Origin: a virus
DNA length: 64,000 bases
IMG/VR virus record: IMGVR_UViG_3300036766_001793
Coordinates: 101,485 to 165,484 of that record
Strand: one strand, 5' to 3'
Part shown: positions 45,754 to 55,621 of the stretch, one piece after another
How the letters are laid out: each line of letters starts with the position of its first letter
Position numbering within the stretch: position 1 is the first letter of the stretch
The notes under the pieces: generated by a model
Seen by the model: the letters and a program-made list of their open reading frames with translations, nothing else
Database searches by the model: none
Told to the model about the DNA's origin: nothing
Translations under genes and position numbers: made by a program

Positions 45754-46171
45754 CGGCCAGCCCCTGGCGGATGGCCATCAGCGCGAGCCCGAGCTTGTTC
45801 AGCCCTGAGCCGCCGCTGACCCCCCAGTACCGGTCCCCCCAGGCGTTCCCCTCTATGATGACGGCGTCACCCGTCGCCAGGAGCAGGCCCGTGAGGGGCT
45901 CCCGCGAGAACTTCTGCTCCAGGAGGTCCCGCATGATGCCGTCCTTCAGCTGGTCCCAGCCCGGCCTCAGCCTCACCAGGCGCCCCCGCGACTTCGCGAT
46001 GCCTGGGGTGCGGGCGAGCCTGATCATGTCTCTGTCGGCCTCGTCCAGGGTCTTGGCCGCCTGGTAGGCGTGCTCGACGCTCGGGTACGGGAGGCCTCCC
46101 ATCTCCACCGTCACCGGGTGGAAGTTCGAGAGGAACCCGTGCTCGTAGGTGAACTCGTAGATGACCTCCAC
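45740..46171 (-). CDS. NADAR (YbiA-like) family hydrolase
   Basis: FLSNF...SVEHAYQAAK...KF...LLATG...EGNAWGDRYWG...G.N.LG..LM. Confidence 0.93.
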   Translation of the reverse strand: MEVIYEFTYEHGFLSNFHPVTVEMGGLPYPSVEHAYQAAKTLDEADRDMIRLARTPGIAKSRGRLVRLRPGWDQLKDGIMRDLLEQKFSREPLTGLLLATGDAVIIEGNAWGDRYWGVSGGSGLNKLGLALMAIRQGLADAAA

Positions 46172-46322
46172 GCCTTGCTCCTCTCGTGCCTGTAGCACAG
46201 CCTGCAGGTCCGCCTCACCCAGTCCCGGTGGCGGCTGACAGGGTTCCCGGTGGAGTTGACGTACTCCCACGCGTGGAGCACGGGAAGGAGGCGGAGGACG
46301 GAGCGCACCGCCTCTGCCGGGC

Positions 46323-47366
46323 TCACATGTCGACTTCTGGAAGGGCCGCCTCGGCCTTCCTCAGGGCACCCTGCGCCCGGGGGTCCTCCCTGATTAGCTC
46401 CAGCAGGCGCCTGCGCCCGTAGACCCTCTCCTCGAGGATCTCGCCGGTCCCCTCGTCGGTGTACGAGACTGTGTAGTGCCCGCCGTCCTGGACTATGGCC
46501 CCGAGCTCGAGCCCCACCTCGATGAGCGCAGAGATCTCGTCGAACTCTCCGGTGTAGTAGAAGGGGACCTCGGCCTCGGTGAACGGAGTGCCCTGCTTGT
46601 TCTTCTGGACTACTATCTTCAGCCGGTAGCCCACCTTGCGACCATTCTCCTCGATGAAGGCCCCTCGGCGGATCCTCACGAGCTGCCACGCGTAGAACCC
46701 TGGGGCCCGCCCGCCAGGCATGGTCTCCGGGTTCCCGTAGACGACGCCTGGCTTCTCCCGGAGCTGGTTGATGCAGATGATCATCGTCCCGCGGTTCTCG
46801 GCCATCATGGAGGAGAGGCCCCTGCCGATGAGCTTCGCCGAGGTCCCGATGAACTGCTTCTCGAACATCTCGTCCTCCTCGGACGACAGCTCGGCGTCCG
46901 CCCGCATGGCGGCGAGCGAGTCCATCACCAGCACCGGGATCCGGCGCTTAACGAAGCCTAAGGCCACGTCGAAGGCCTTCTCCCCGGTCCTGGGCCTGGC
47001 CACCAGGACGTCCGCGGCCTTGATCCCGAGCTGCTCGGCCCACTCCTCGGTCCAGGTCTTCTCCACGTCCACGAAGGCGCACGGGAGCCCGAGCTTCTGG
47101 GCGGCCTTGATGGCCATCATGGCCAGTAGCGTCTTGCCGGCCGAGAACTCGCCGACGAGCAGCGTGATGCGGTCGAACGCGAACCCTCCGTTGAGGGCCC
47201 GGTCGAGGCTCGACAGGCCGAGCGGCATCTTCTTCAGCCTGAGCCGCTCGTCGTTCCCGAAGAGGAGGTCCACCCCGAGTTCCTTAGAGATCTCCTCGCG
47301 CATGGTGCGCAGCTCTTCCAGGGTCATCATCTGGTCGGGATCTGCCTGGGCCTTCTTAGCTGCCAC
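46323..47366 (-). CDS. recA: RecA recombinase
   Basis: GEFSAGKT, FVDVE, MDSLAA, INQLREK, YGNPETMPGG, KNK. Confidence 0.95.
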   Translation of the reverse strand: MAAKKAQADPDQMMTLEELRTMREEISKELGVDLLFGNDERLRLKKMPLGLSSLDRALNGGFAFDRITLLVGEFSAGKTLLAMMAIKAAQKLGLPCAFVDVEKTWTEEWAEQLGIKAADVLVARPRTGEKAFDVALGFVKRRIPVLVMDSLAAMRADAELSSEEDEMFEKQFIGTSAKLIGRGLSSMMAENRGTMIICINQLREKPGVVYGNPETMPGGRAPGFYAWQLVRIRRGAFIEENGRKVGYRLKIVVQKNKQGTPFTEAEVPFYYTGEFDEISALIEVGLELGAIVQDGGHYTVSYTDEGTGEILEERVYGRRRLLELIREDPRAQGALRKAEAALPEVDM

Positions 47367-47763
47367 TCGCCTCGTCCTTCGCCGGCCTCGTGCTCTCGAT
47401 GGCCCTCTTGAGGTCAGCGTCCATGGACTTCACCTTCTCGGCCATGCGCTTGATGTTTCCCTTGGCCGTGCTTACGTCTCTCTCTGCCAGCTCCAGGCGG
47501 TCCTTGAACCCAGGCTGCCCGGTCACCGGCGCGAGGAGCTCGCTAAGCACCTGGTCGAGTGCCTCATCTATCCTGGCGAATGCCCGCACGGCGGTGTCGA
47601 GCCCGACGGTGATCTGCCGCTCCACGTCGCCGTTGGGGTCTATGTCGGACAGCATGATGCGCGGCTTCACGTTCCCGAAGCCGTCCTTGGTGACGGGGAG
47701 CACGACCCCGAGCTCCACCGTCACCCTCAGGTCTCCCGCGGGCTTGGCTCCTTCGTGGTTCAT
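47356..47763 (-). CDS. Hypothetical protein
   Basis: MNHEGAK start coupled to the upstream stop. Confidence 0.7.
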   Translation of the reverse strand: MNHEGAKPAGDLRVTVELGVVLPVTKDGFGNVKPRIMLSDIDPNGDVERQITVGLDTAVRAFARIDEALDQVLSELLAPVTGQPGFKDRLELAERDVSTAKGNIKRMAEKVKSMDADLKRAIESTRPAKDEASGS

Positions 47764-48566
47764 CAGAAGGTGATGTCTTCTGAGTCTCCGGCGGAGTCGG
47801 CCGCCTCGGCCGCCTCGGCCGCCTCGGCCGCCGCCGTGTACTCGACGAGCTCGGCGTCGTCCTTTCGGCCCGACCCCTCGGCGACTACCCTCGGGGCGGT
47901 GCCGAACTCCGCCCTGATGACGTCCTCGAGGGCGGGGGCGTTCTTCCTGGCCTCCGCCGCCTCGGCGGTGATGGGGTAGTTCTTCACTTCCTCCAGGAAC
48001 TCGAGCTTCTGGGCGCCCTCGCCCGTCACCTTGTACCTCCACCAGACAGGGAGGATGCTGTCCGGGGGGATGATGTTCGGGTCGAGGGGGTCGCCCGCCA
48101 GGTAGGCCTGGATCTGGGACGTCAGCTTCTCCCGCATGATCAGCAGGCGGTAGTCATTGACCTCCTCTTTGTAGAAGGTCTCCGTCGAGCCAGCTACTTT
48201 CACGGCCGCCCAGGAGGCTCCGTCCTTCTTCGTCGGGTGCACGATGAGGTCTGACCAGACTATGGCCACGAACCTCGGCCAGGGCCCCTTGCTGCCCTCG
48301 GTGAGGCAGACGGTGCAGACGCCGGGGTCCTCGCTCATCGAGCGCCTGGCGCAGAGGACGTCCCTGTTGTACTTGTCCCCGTTCCTCTTGAACGCCTCGA
48401 CCATGTGGACCAGCGGGACCGCTATGTCCTCGTGGTCTTGCACGAACACGAACCTCGCGCTCTCGCCGTTCTTCAGCCAGAGCTTCTGCATGCGGTCGCC
48501 GTAGCGACCGCCCATCTTCTCCTGCTGCTCCTTGAGGAACGCGAGTCCCCTTCCGAATCCACTCAT
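47763..48566 (-). CDS. Putative single-stranded DNA-binding protein
   Basis: LK.GES..F, H/C Zn ligands, acidic tail ending DITF; replication-cluster context. Confidence 0.7.
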   Translation of the reverse strand: MSGFGRGLAFLKEQQEKMGGRYGDRMQKLWLKNGESARFVFVQDHEDIAVPLVHMVEAFKRNGDKYNRDVLCARRSMSEDPGVCTVCLTEGSKGPWPRFVAIVWSDLIVHPTKKDGASWAAVKVAGSTETFYKEEVNDYRLLIMREKLTSQIQAYLAGDPLDPNIIPPDSILPVWWRYKVTGEGAQKLEFLEEVKNYPITAEAAEARKNAPALEDVIRAEFGTAPRVVAEGSGRKDDAELVEYTAAAEAAEAAEAADSAGDSEDITF

Positions 48567-48581
48567 CCTTCAGTCTTCCCC

Positions 48582-49280
48582 TTAGGCACGTAGCCTGAAT
48601 ACGGGTGAGCTAGCACCCGTAGGAAGAATACCGGGGTCTAGCCGGAGGATGGACTGGACTTCTGCCCTCATTTTGGGGCTGAGCTTGCCGTTCTTGAGTC
48701 CCGTCAGGATCTGGCCCCTCCTCCTTGTTGGGACCTTGGACACGATGCTCTCTATGACCTCGTCCATCTCGAAGTGATACTCGTCATGGAGCCCGGGCTG
48801 CCAGGCGTCGGAGTACTCGCTCAGTTTCTCGACCGAGGCTATCCTGACGTCCCGCAGGGTCTTCCACCGGCTCCCGCCGCAGGCTGGGCATGACTTCGCC
48901 TGGGAGAACACCGGGATGACGAGCCCGCACCCCCAGCACTCGAGGGAGGCGGTCGCGTACTGCTGCCTCTCCCCGGTGTACTTGCAGTTGCCGAGGCGCA
49001 TCTTGATGGAGTGGATCACGAAGTTGAGGAATGACGAGGGCCGGTCGCCGAAGCCCCTCTTGCCCTCTGGGTCGTATCTCATCTGGCAGCGCCAGATGAC
49101 GACCAGGATCTCCTGGCGCCTGTCGTCCTGGTCGAACCCCGGGATGAAGCTGCGCGACCACTTCCAGATGAGCGGCTCGAGGTGCCTGAACAGCTCCTCG
49201 GGCGGCATCGCCTTGAGCTCCGCTACTCCTATGCCGGTGATGCCCTTTCGCTCGCCGGTCTCTGGGGGAAACGCTGTCAT
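48582..49280 (-). CDS. Sigma-70 region 2-like factor with an inserted Zn ribbon
   Basis: EPLI...DQDDRRQE...W....YDP...F.NF; CWGC...CPAC. Confidence 0.75.
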   Translation of the reverse strand: MTAFPPETGERKGITGIGVAELKAMPPEELFRHLEPLIWKWSRSFIPGFDQDDRRQEILVVIWRCQMRYDPEGKRGFGDRPSSFLNFVIHSIKMRLGNCKYTGERQQYATASLECWGCGLVIPVFSQAKSCPACGGSRWKTLRDVRIASVEKLSEYSDAWQPGLHDEYHFEMDEVIESIVSKVPTRRRGQILTGLKNGKLSPKMRAEVQSILRLDPGILPTGASSPVFRLRA

Positions 49281-49335
49281 CGGAAGACTCCGTCACTGTG
49301 GGCTGCCCATGGGCTTCGTCTTGGCTTACTGGTTA

Positions 49336-50343
49336 CTAGTTCACTGTGGGGCTATCCCCTGGGCGCAGGTCAGTATACCACGGGTTGGAGGCCTGTGTAA
49401 ATATGAGGGCGAGCTCCTCGGGGGTGCATTCCTGGACATCCTTGCGCCCCTCCGGCAGCTTTATCGACGTGACCTCCAGCTGGCCCAGCCGGATGGCCGC
49501 GTCGACTGAGGCTGCCGCCCCGGCCCTGTCGTTGTCGAAGGCGAGGGTGACCCTCCAGAACCTGCGGCGCAGGAGCTCCGCCTGCCTCTCAGACATGGAG
49601 GACCCGAGGATGGCGACCGCGGGGATCCCGTGCTGGTGGAGCCACATGCAGTCCATCGGCCCCTCGACGACGGCCACCTCGGTGGTCCCCGGCGGGACGT
49701 GGTCCAGGCCGAAGAGGAAGTCGCCCTTAGTGAGGCCGCGGGTGTTCAGGTACTTCGGCCCGCCAGGCCTCAGGCTGCGCCTGATCAGGCCGACGAGCTT
49801 CCCGCCCACCCTGACGGGGACGACCGCGCAGTGGTACTCCTGGTCGTAGCCGACCTCCCATGCCCTCAGCAGCTCGAGGTCGAATCCCCTGTTGACCATG
49901 TACTGCGGGACGCGGGTCCTGTCGTAGAGGAGCGGCTCCTGGGGCAGGACGTGGCGGACCTGGCCCTGGCCCCCTCTCCCTGCGAGCAGCCGGGCGAGGG
50001 TCTCCGGATCCCGCGGGATCGCCATCCTCAGACGGCGCCTCGCGTCGGCCAACGGCTCGCCGGTGACCCTGTGGACGAGCGCCGCCAGGTCCGGGCTGGA
50101 CCCGCACTCGGCCCGGCACTTCCAGGCCCCCTCCTGGACGAGGACCGTGAACGACGGGTCCCTCTCCTCGTGCATCGGGCAGAGGGCCCGCCTCCACCCG
50201 TCGTGGTCCCCGTCCACGAGCTCGACCCCGAGCTCTTCGAGAACCATGAGGACCACATCCTTGGGGTAGCTGGGGTACTCCTCCGCGCGCTGCTGCCTGG
50301 GCCTCCCGCGGCCGTCGTACCTGCTAGGCCTCGTGGTGCTCAC
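49336..50343 (-). CDS. dnaG: DNA primase (CHC2 Zn finger plus TOPRIM)
   Basis: CPMHEERDPSF...C...C, PKYLN, VVEGPMD, AFDNDRAG, KD. Confidence 0.93.
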   Translation of the reverse strand: MSTTRPSRYDGRGRPRQQRAEEYPSYPKDVVLMVLEELGVELVDGDHDGWRRALCPMHEERDPSFTVLVQEGAWKCRAECGSSPDLAALVHRVTGEPLADARRRLRMAIPRDPETLARLLAGRGGQGQVRHVLPQEPLLYDRTRVPQYMVNRGFDLELLRAWEVGYDQEYHCAVVPVRVGGKLVGLIRRSLRPGGPKYLNTRGLTKGDFLFGLDHVPPGTTEVAVVEGPMDCMWLHQHGIPAVAILGSSMSERQAELLRRRFWRVTLAFDNDRAGAAASVDAAIRLGQLEVTSIKLPEGRKDVQECTPEELALIFTQASNPWYTDLRPGDSPTVN

Positions 50344-50950
50344 GACACCCCTCGAGGTCGTGGGCGCGCCGCGTGGGGCCCTCGTCCCCTGGGTAGCCAT
50401 GGCCCCACCCGTCGAAGTCCGCCCTGGCTGTCCTCGAGAACAGCTCTAGCCTCGGGCCAGGGCTCATGGAGGCCACGGTGTCGTAAAAGGCCTGCGGCTT
50501 CGCCGAGTGCACCGTGCGGGGAGCGAAGACCACGTTTGGGACGTTCCGTCTGAGGACCGGGAGTCTGCCCCTCGTAGCGAAGATGCACTGCTCGGTGGCG
50601 TTCCGGTAATTCCTGCCCATGCCGATACGGACGCGCTTCATGTCGTTGGTCATCTTGACCCAGGTGATGATCTGCTTGTTGTCGGTCCTGAACCCCCACG
50701 CCCTGACCACTGAGTGGGCCTCCTCCACGAACCCGTTCGGGCACCAGAGGTAGAGGTGGGCGTCAGCGGCCGCGGCCGCGGAGACCTCCTCCCCCATGGC
50801 CAGGATCTCCCGGACGCTCATCGTCTCATAGTGCTTGGCGGCCCCGCGGCCAGGGCCTGGGAGCTTGTCCCCGAAGGACCAGGCCGGGTCCGCCACCACG
50901 GTGTGGTAGCCGCCCTCGACCGTCGGGATGGGGGTGCTTGTGGCCGTCAC
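50324..50950 (-). CDS. MT-A70 family amino-methyltransferase
   Basis: VADPAW, HYETM, LYLW, AWGF, W.K, GMG, HSAKP, LELF.R. Confidence 0.92.
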   Translation of the reverse strand: MTATSTPIPTVEGGYHTVVADPAWSFGDKLPGPGRGAAKHYETMSVREILAMGEEVSAAAAADAHLYLWCPNGFVEEAHSVVRAWGFRTDNKQIITWVKMTNDMKRVRIGMGRNYRNATEQCIFATRGRLPVLRRNVPNVVFAPRTVHSAKPQAFYDTVASMSPGPRLELFSRTARADFDGWGHGYPGDEGPTRRAHDLEGCREHHEA

Positions 50951-52233
50951 CTGAAGTCCACCATGCCGGTCTGCTCATCGGTGAACACCCCGAGCTCGCC
51001 TATGTCGCCGCCGTCCACGTCGAATCTGAGGTACTGCTTCGCCAGGAGCTTTGGCCCGCCGCGGTTCTTGATCAGCTTCCACACCTTCTGCATCGGGTCT
51101 CCCCGCTTGTCGGCGAGGGAGATGACCTTGTTGGCCGTCTCGACGAAGGCCAGCCCGTATGCGGACTGGCCGAGGTCGGCCACGTCCCCGTCCGCCATAA
51201 CGGCGTCCCTCGTCACCTGGGTGCCCCCGATGATCACGAGGTTCATGTACTGCCCAAGGCCCTTGAGGGCCTCCGCGGCCTGCTTCATGTTCTCCCAGGT
51301 CCGCCCAGTCCCGGAGATGAGGTGCACGCCGTCGATGGCCAGGATGTCTGGCCGGTGCTCCCGGGACTGCTGCAGGATGTCCGCGATGGAGAAGGCGCCG
51401 GAGTCGCCGGAGTCCCTGATAACAAACCCGCTCCTGCCGTTCTCCGCCAGCTCCTGGGCGTACCTTCGGTAGAGGTCCTGGTCCTCCAGGCCGTTCCTGA
51501 TCCGCTGGTTCGAGAACTCGTACCCCATGAACCTGGCGAGCATTGGGTCGAGGCGGTCCTCGACCTCCTCGATGGTGGACTCGGGGGTCAGGAACAGCAC
51601 CTTCGCGCCGTCGTAGTGGTAGGCGTATGCGCAGAACCAGAGGAGGAGGGCCGACTTGCCGACGTTCAGCGGGCCCTGGACGGCGATCGCCTCCCCCCGC
51701 CTCCAGTTGAGGCCGTCCCTGTCGAGGGCCGGGAGGCCGCTCCTGATGCCGATGACCCCGCCGGCCGCCTTGGTGGCGGCCCTCGCCTCCATCCGGTCCG
51801 CCCTCAGCACGGCGTCCGTGTCCGCGTAGCTCGTGTGGGAGGACACGCTCTTGGCAATCTCCGCCAGGTCGCCTATGAGGAGCTCCACGGCCTTCTGCGG
51901 GCTGTCCCCGTTCAGCTCGTCGAGCCTGGCGACTATCTTGGCCGTCGCCTCCCGGTTGACCGTTCGCCGGACGAGCTCCTCGAGGAACGTCTCCGTGTCT
52001 GAGACGCCTGGCATCAGCTCGAGCCCCACGACCCCGTAGACATCGTTCCTGGTGGCCGACTCCCCGGCCTTGGCCCTGGAGAGCAGGTAGTCCCATGCCC
52101 TGGCGTGCCCCTCGACCTGCCAGGACGTGTCCCTGATCCCGGCCGCGGAGGCCTTAAACACGGCCTCCGCGGTGTCCATCGCGGAGAGGACGAGGAGCTC
52201 CACCTCCTCAGGTTGGTGGTCCTTGAGAGCCAT
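50947..52233 (-). CDS. dnaB: DnaB-like replicative helicase
   Basis: GPLNVGKS, TPE, AIDG.HL, TQ, KNRGG. Confidence 0.9.
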   Translation of the reverse strand: MALKDHQPEEVELLVLSAMDTAEAVFKASAAGIRDTSWQVEGHARAWDYLLSRAKAGESATRNDVYGVVGLELMPGVSDTETFLEELVRRTVNREATAKIVARLDELNGDSPQKAVELLIGDLAEIAKSVSSHTSYADTDAVLRADRMEARAATKAAGGVIGIRSGLPALDRDGLNWRRGEAIAVQGPLNVGKSALLLWFCAYAYHYDGAKVLFLTPESTIEEVEDRLDPMLARFMGYEFSNQRIRNGLEDQDLYRRYAQELAENGRSGFVIRDSGDSGAFSIADILQQSREHRPDILAIDGVHLISGTGRTWENMKQAAEALKGLGQYMNLVIIGGTQVTRDAVMADGDVADLGQSAYGLAFVETANKVISLADKRGDPMQKVWKLIKNRGGPKLLAKQYLRFDVDGGDIGELGVFTDEQTGMVDFR

Positions 52234-52757
52234 CAGAAGGTAAGCTCCTCTATCTCGTCTTTCAGCCCTACCAGCTTGTCTAGCATCGCCCTGGCCCGGG
52301 CGGACCCGCCGCGGTCGTAGGCATCCTCGCAGTCAGCCCACAGGCCGAGCCAGTACTCCGCGCTCCGCCTCGCACGCCGGTCATCGCACTGGTCCGTCCA
52401 GAGGGCGTACCTCCAGGCCCCGTCGGGCACCTCGAGCCTCGACCGGACGACGTCGAACATCACCGGGCCTAGGTGCTTCATGGCCTCGAAGCCTGCCCCC
52501 GTGCTGCGTATCGCCTCGAGGCAGACCAGCTGCACCATGTCCGCGTCGCCGGCCTCCGCCAGGAGGTCCGACACCCGCTTGACCACCGCCGGGAAGAAGA
52601 ACAGCCTCCCGCGGTTGGCCCTCTTCCACGCGTCCAGCTCCCTCTTGGAGCGGTGCGCCCTCCCGTGGGAGTTCTCGAACGCCAGCGGCATGAACTCCTC
52701 GTAGAGGCTCTCGGCGATCTTGCTGGCCATCTCCGGGTGCTTGCGGGCAGCCGTCAC
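52233..52757 (-). CDS. Hypothetical protein
   Basis: Coupled to the helicase gene. Confidence 0.7.
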   Translation of the reverse strand: MTAARKHPEMASKIAESLYEEFMPLAFENSHGRAHRSKRELDAWKRANRGRLFFFPAVVKRVSDLLAEAGDADMVQLVCLEAIRSTGAGFEAMKHLGPVMFDVVRSRLEVPDGAWRYALWTDQCDDRRARRSAEYWLGLWADCEDAYDRGGSARARAMLDKLVGLKDEIEELTF

Positions 52758-52764
52758 CTTGCGT

Positions 52765-55398
52765 TCACCCCTCCGCCTCGTAGGCCGCCCACTCGTCCTT
52801 CAGGGTACCGGGCGCGGAGAAGCTCTCTAGCTCGAACTTGTGGGTCGGCTTGCCGTCCGCGCCCCGGTAGGCGAGCGGGCCCATCCTGCCCCAGTGGCTG
52901 CTGACCTTGCCCTCGGCCTTCATCCTGACGGGGATGTGGATGTTGAACGGAGCCAGGGCGGGCGGGCTCTCCATGACGGAGAGTATCCTGTGCGCCCACT
53001 TCGGCCACACGTCCTCCCTGACCTGGAACAGTAGGGCGTCGTGGATGTCCCCGACCTGGAGGATCTCCGCCTGGTCCAGCTCGCCCATGAGGCTCACGCT
53101 GCTCGCCAGCGTGAGGTCTCCGCCGAACCCCTGCACCGGGCTGTTCCCGGTGATGTACGTGGTCCCCCTCCGCTTCGCCACGAACGTGCCGTTCTTGACG
53201 GTGGGGCACCACACAGTGATGCCCTCGCCGGAGACCAGCCTCTTCTCCGGGACGTAGGCATACGGACGCCTGTTGAGGCGGACCAGCCAGTAAGAACCCC
53301 CTTTGGGGGCGTTCGTCATGCTTGGGTAGATCTTAGGAACATCGCGTCCCACCATCTCGGCCAGGCTCGGCGAGTACCCGCACATGACTGCCAGCATGGC
53401 GAACATCTCAGCGTCCCGCTTCTCCTTCGCGACGAATGTCTGCTTCCCCCCCTCTTCCCTGTGTCCGTCCCCGGCCATCATGGAGCCCAGAAGCACTTCT
53501 GGCTGCCCTGGCCCAAGCCCCCGGAGAAGCCGACCGGTCAAATGTCTCTCCCCCTTGAGAGCCTCGACGAGGGGCTTAGACGACTCCAGGTTAACTGTCC
53601 ACTGGACCAACCCGTCGACTGCGCGGGGCCCGCCACGGTGTGCGATTAGCTCGAGCCGTCCGATGAGGGCGTCGATCTCTGCCACCTTCTCAGGGTTGCC
53701 CCTCTGACTCTGCGATAGCACCAGCCTGTTCCCCTTGAGGAGATGTCCGTCGGTGAGCACCCACCCAAGGAAGGCCACCTGGTCGTCGGTCAGGGCGGGG
53801 AGCTGGCAATGCCCCTCGTACCTTCCTGTCCTGTGGACCTTGTGTTCGCCGGACGTGTTGAGGTCAAAGGTCTCCACCATCCGGTGGCTGAGTACGTTCC
53901 TCGTCCGCTTCGACCCCCCCCTCTGTCCGACGAGCCACCGGTGGCCCTCGGTGACCAAGGCGGAGAAGGACCGAGACTCCATCGACACGAGGCCCTCGTC
54001 CGCCTGGCCGACGTTGAGGCGCTCCACCGCCTGCCACTCGAGCGCGCCGGTGCCGGGATTCTTCGTCAGTATCTCGTCCCCGACTTCCATCTCATCCCAC
54101 CTGCGCCACCCTGACGCCGCCAGGCACTCGGTCTCGTCGTCGACGCAGTTGATGGCCTGTCGCTCCGCCTTCAGGACCGCTAGCCTGTCGGAGCTCAGGA
54201 TGTTCATGAGGTGCCTGGCCCGCCCGGTCGGGCTCGTGACCATCCGGTTCTTGGCGACCGCGCGGCGCTGCCTCTCGTGCCACGGGAGGAGCTTCGGGTA
54301 GGCCTCGAAGTAGGTGCGGCGGAAGGCCTCCCCCTGCTCCAGAGAGAACTCGACGCCGAACGTCTGCTTGGCGTAGATGACGAACCCCCTCGCGCTCATC
54401 CCGTAGAGGAACCCGAGCACGACCGCTTTGGCGTCCTGGCGCTCCTCCCCCGTGACCTCCCACTCCGGCTTGCCGTAGATGATGGCCGCGGTGTACCGGT
54501 AGACGTCCCTCGTCGGGTCGGCGAAGACCCTCAGGAGGGCGTCCTCCCCGGCGAACCAGGCGGCGATGCGGACCTCGGCGGCGGAGTAGTCGAACTCCAG
54601 CATCAGCCAGCCCGGCGGGGCCCCGAAGCACGACCTGGCCAGGTGGTTCCTCGGCACCTGCTGCAGGTTCGGCTTGTCGCACGAGCGGCGCCCGGTCACG
54701 GTCCCGGTGAGGTTGAAGTTGGGGTGGATCCTGGACCCAGGGTCGTACCAGGTTGGCCAGGCGTCGAAGAACTGGAGCATCTTGGTCGACTTCCTGAACT
54801 CCATGAGGAGGTCCACGGCGGGGTGCCTCAGCTCGCCCAGCGTGGCCTCGTCGACCTTCGGCTTGCCGGTCTTCTCGGTGAACGCCAGCGGCTTCAGCCC
54901 GAGGCCGGACGGGGCCGGCGTGTAGAGCCACCTCCTCAGGAAGTGCTCGTTCCCGAAGTCGGCCGTCTCCCTGAAGTCCTCGCTGACGTGAGCGGCCATC
55001 TCCTCCCTGAGCGACTCGAGCCTGGCCCTCATGTCCTCCTTGCGGTCCTCCACCCTCGCCTGGTCGACCCAGATGCCGTTCCTCTCCATGCGGCACGTGG
55101 CCTCGAGCCCCGGGAGCACCAGGAGCTTGAGCAGCTTGGCGAGGTCCTGGTCCGCCCTCAGCCTGTCGCGCTGGCGCTCGTAGAGGAGGTGGGTGTACGC
55201 GACGTCCGTGGCGCAGTAGGTCCCCATCCCGTCCTGCCCCCAGAGGGGGGAGGGCGGGTACGCCCCGTCCCCGAAGGACTGCCTGCCCTTGCCCCAGTCG
55301 TCGACGCCGAGCTCCATCACGCACGTGCTCAGCAGGCTCAGCGGGAGCTCCTCGTTGAGGAGGTGCGCTGCCGCCATGGTGTCGTAGCTTATGGCCAT
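52765..55398 (-). CDS. polA: Family A DNA polymerase, C-terminal part (second half of exonuclease plus polymerase), with an intein
   Basis: DTMAAAHLLNE, YCATD, TGRRS..PNLQQ, DYSAAE, R..AK....G.LYG, N/SPVQG, IHDA. Confidence 0.95.
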   Translation of the reverse strand: MAISYDTMAAAHLLNEELPLSLLSTCVMELGVDDWGKGRQSFGDGAYPPSPLWGQDGMGTYCATDVAYTHLLYERQRDRLRADQDLAKLLKLLVLPGLEATCRMERNGIWVDQARVEDRKEDMRARLESLREEMAAHVSEDFRETADFGNEHFLRRWLYTPAPSGLGLKPLAFTEKTGKPKVDEATLGELRHPAVDLLMEFRKSTKMLQFFDAWPTWYDPGSRIHPNFNLTGTVTGRRSCDKPNLQQVPRNHLARSCFGAPPGWLMLEFDYSAAEVRIAAWFAGEDALLRVFADPTRDVYRYTAAIIYGKPEWEVTGEERQDAKAVVLGFLYGMSARGFVIYAKQTFGVEFSLEQGEAFRRTYFEAYPKLLPWHERQRRAVAKNRMVTSPTGRARHLMNILSSDRLAVLKAERQAINCVDDETECLAASGWRRWDEMEVGDEILTKNPGTGALEWQAVERLNVGQADEGLVSMESRSFSALVTEGHRWLVGQRGGSKRTRNVLSHRMVETFDLNTSGEHKVHRTGRYEGHCQLPALTDDQVAFLGWVLTDGHLLKGNRLVLSQSQRGNPEKVAEIDALIGRLELIAHRGGPRAVDGLVQWTVNLESSKPLVEALKGERHLTGRLLRGLGPGQPEVLLGSMMAGDGHREEGGKQTFVAKEKRDAEMFAMLAVMCGYSPSLAEMVGRDVPKIYPSMTNAPKGGSYWLVRLNRRPYAYVPEKRLVSGEGITVWCPTVKNGTFVAKRRGTTYITGNSPVQGFGGDLTLASSVSLMGELDQAEILQVGDIHDALLFQVREDVWPKWAHRILSVMESPPALAPFNIHIPVRMKAEGKVSSHWGRMGPLAYRGADGKPTHKFELESFSAPGTLKDEWAAYEAEG
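53143..54147 (-). mobile_element. PolA intein (335 aa, LAGLIDADG-like, ends GN/S)
   Basis: CVDDETE...VTEGHRW...FLGWVLTDG...MAGDG...VWCPTV...ITGN/S. Confidence 0.92.
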
Positions 55399-55402
55399 CG
55401 CC

Positions 55403-55621
55403 TCACCCCAGCCCCTTCTGCCCCTCTTCGAGCTTCTCCAGCGCCACCGTCAGCTCGCCCAGCGCCCCGGCACAGTCCCCCTCGAGGAGCATCCCCTGGG
55501 CGGCCGCCGCCTGGGCGGCCAGCTCCCTGTAGAGGCCCAGCTCAAGGCCCGCGTTCCACGCCTCCAGGAGGGCGGCCTTCGCCTGGTCCGGCGGGCCGGG
55601 GGGCGCTCCGGCCGCCGTCAA
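55403..55621 (-). CDS. Small helical protein between the two polymerase parts
   Basis: TTG start overlaps the upstream TGA; Ala/Leu/Glu-rich. Confidence 0.6.
   Translation of the reverse strand: MTAAGAPPGPPDQAKAALLEAWNAGLELGLYRELAAQAAAAQGMLLEGDCAGALGELTVALEKLEEGQKGLG

Noticed and set aside
47795-47835. GCCGCCTCG tandem repeat
   Set aside because: It simply encodes the AEA-AEA-AEA linker in the SSB tail.
55399-55620. Simple TGA readthrough joining the polymerase halves
   Set aside because: A second in-frame TGA follows, and the in-frame translation is Arg/Pro-rich nonsense, whereas another frame gives a plausible protein.
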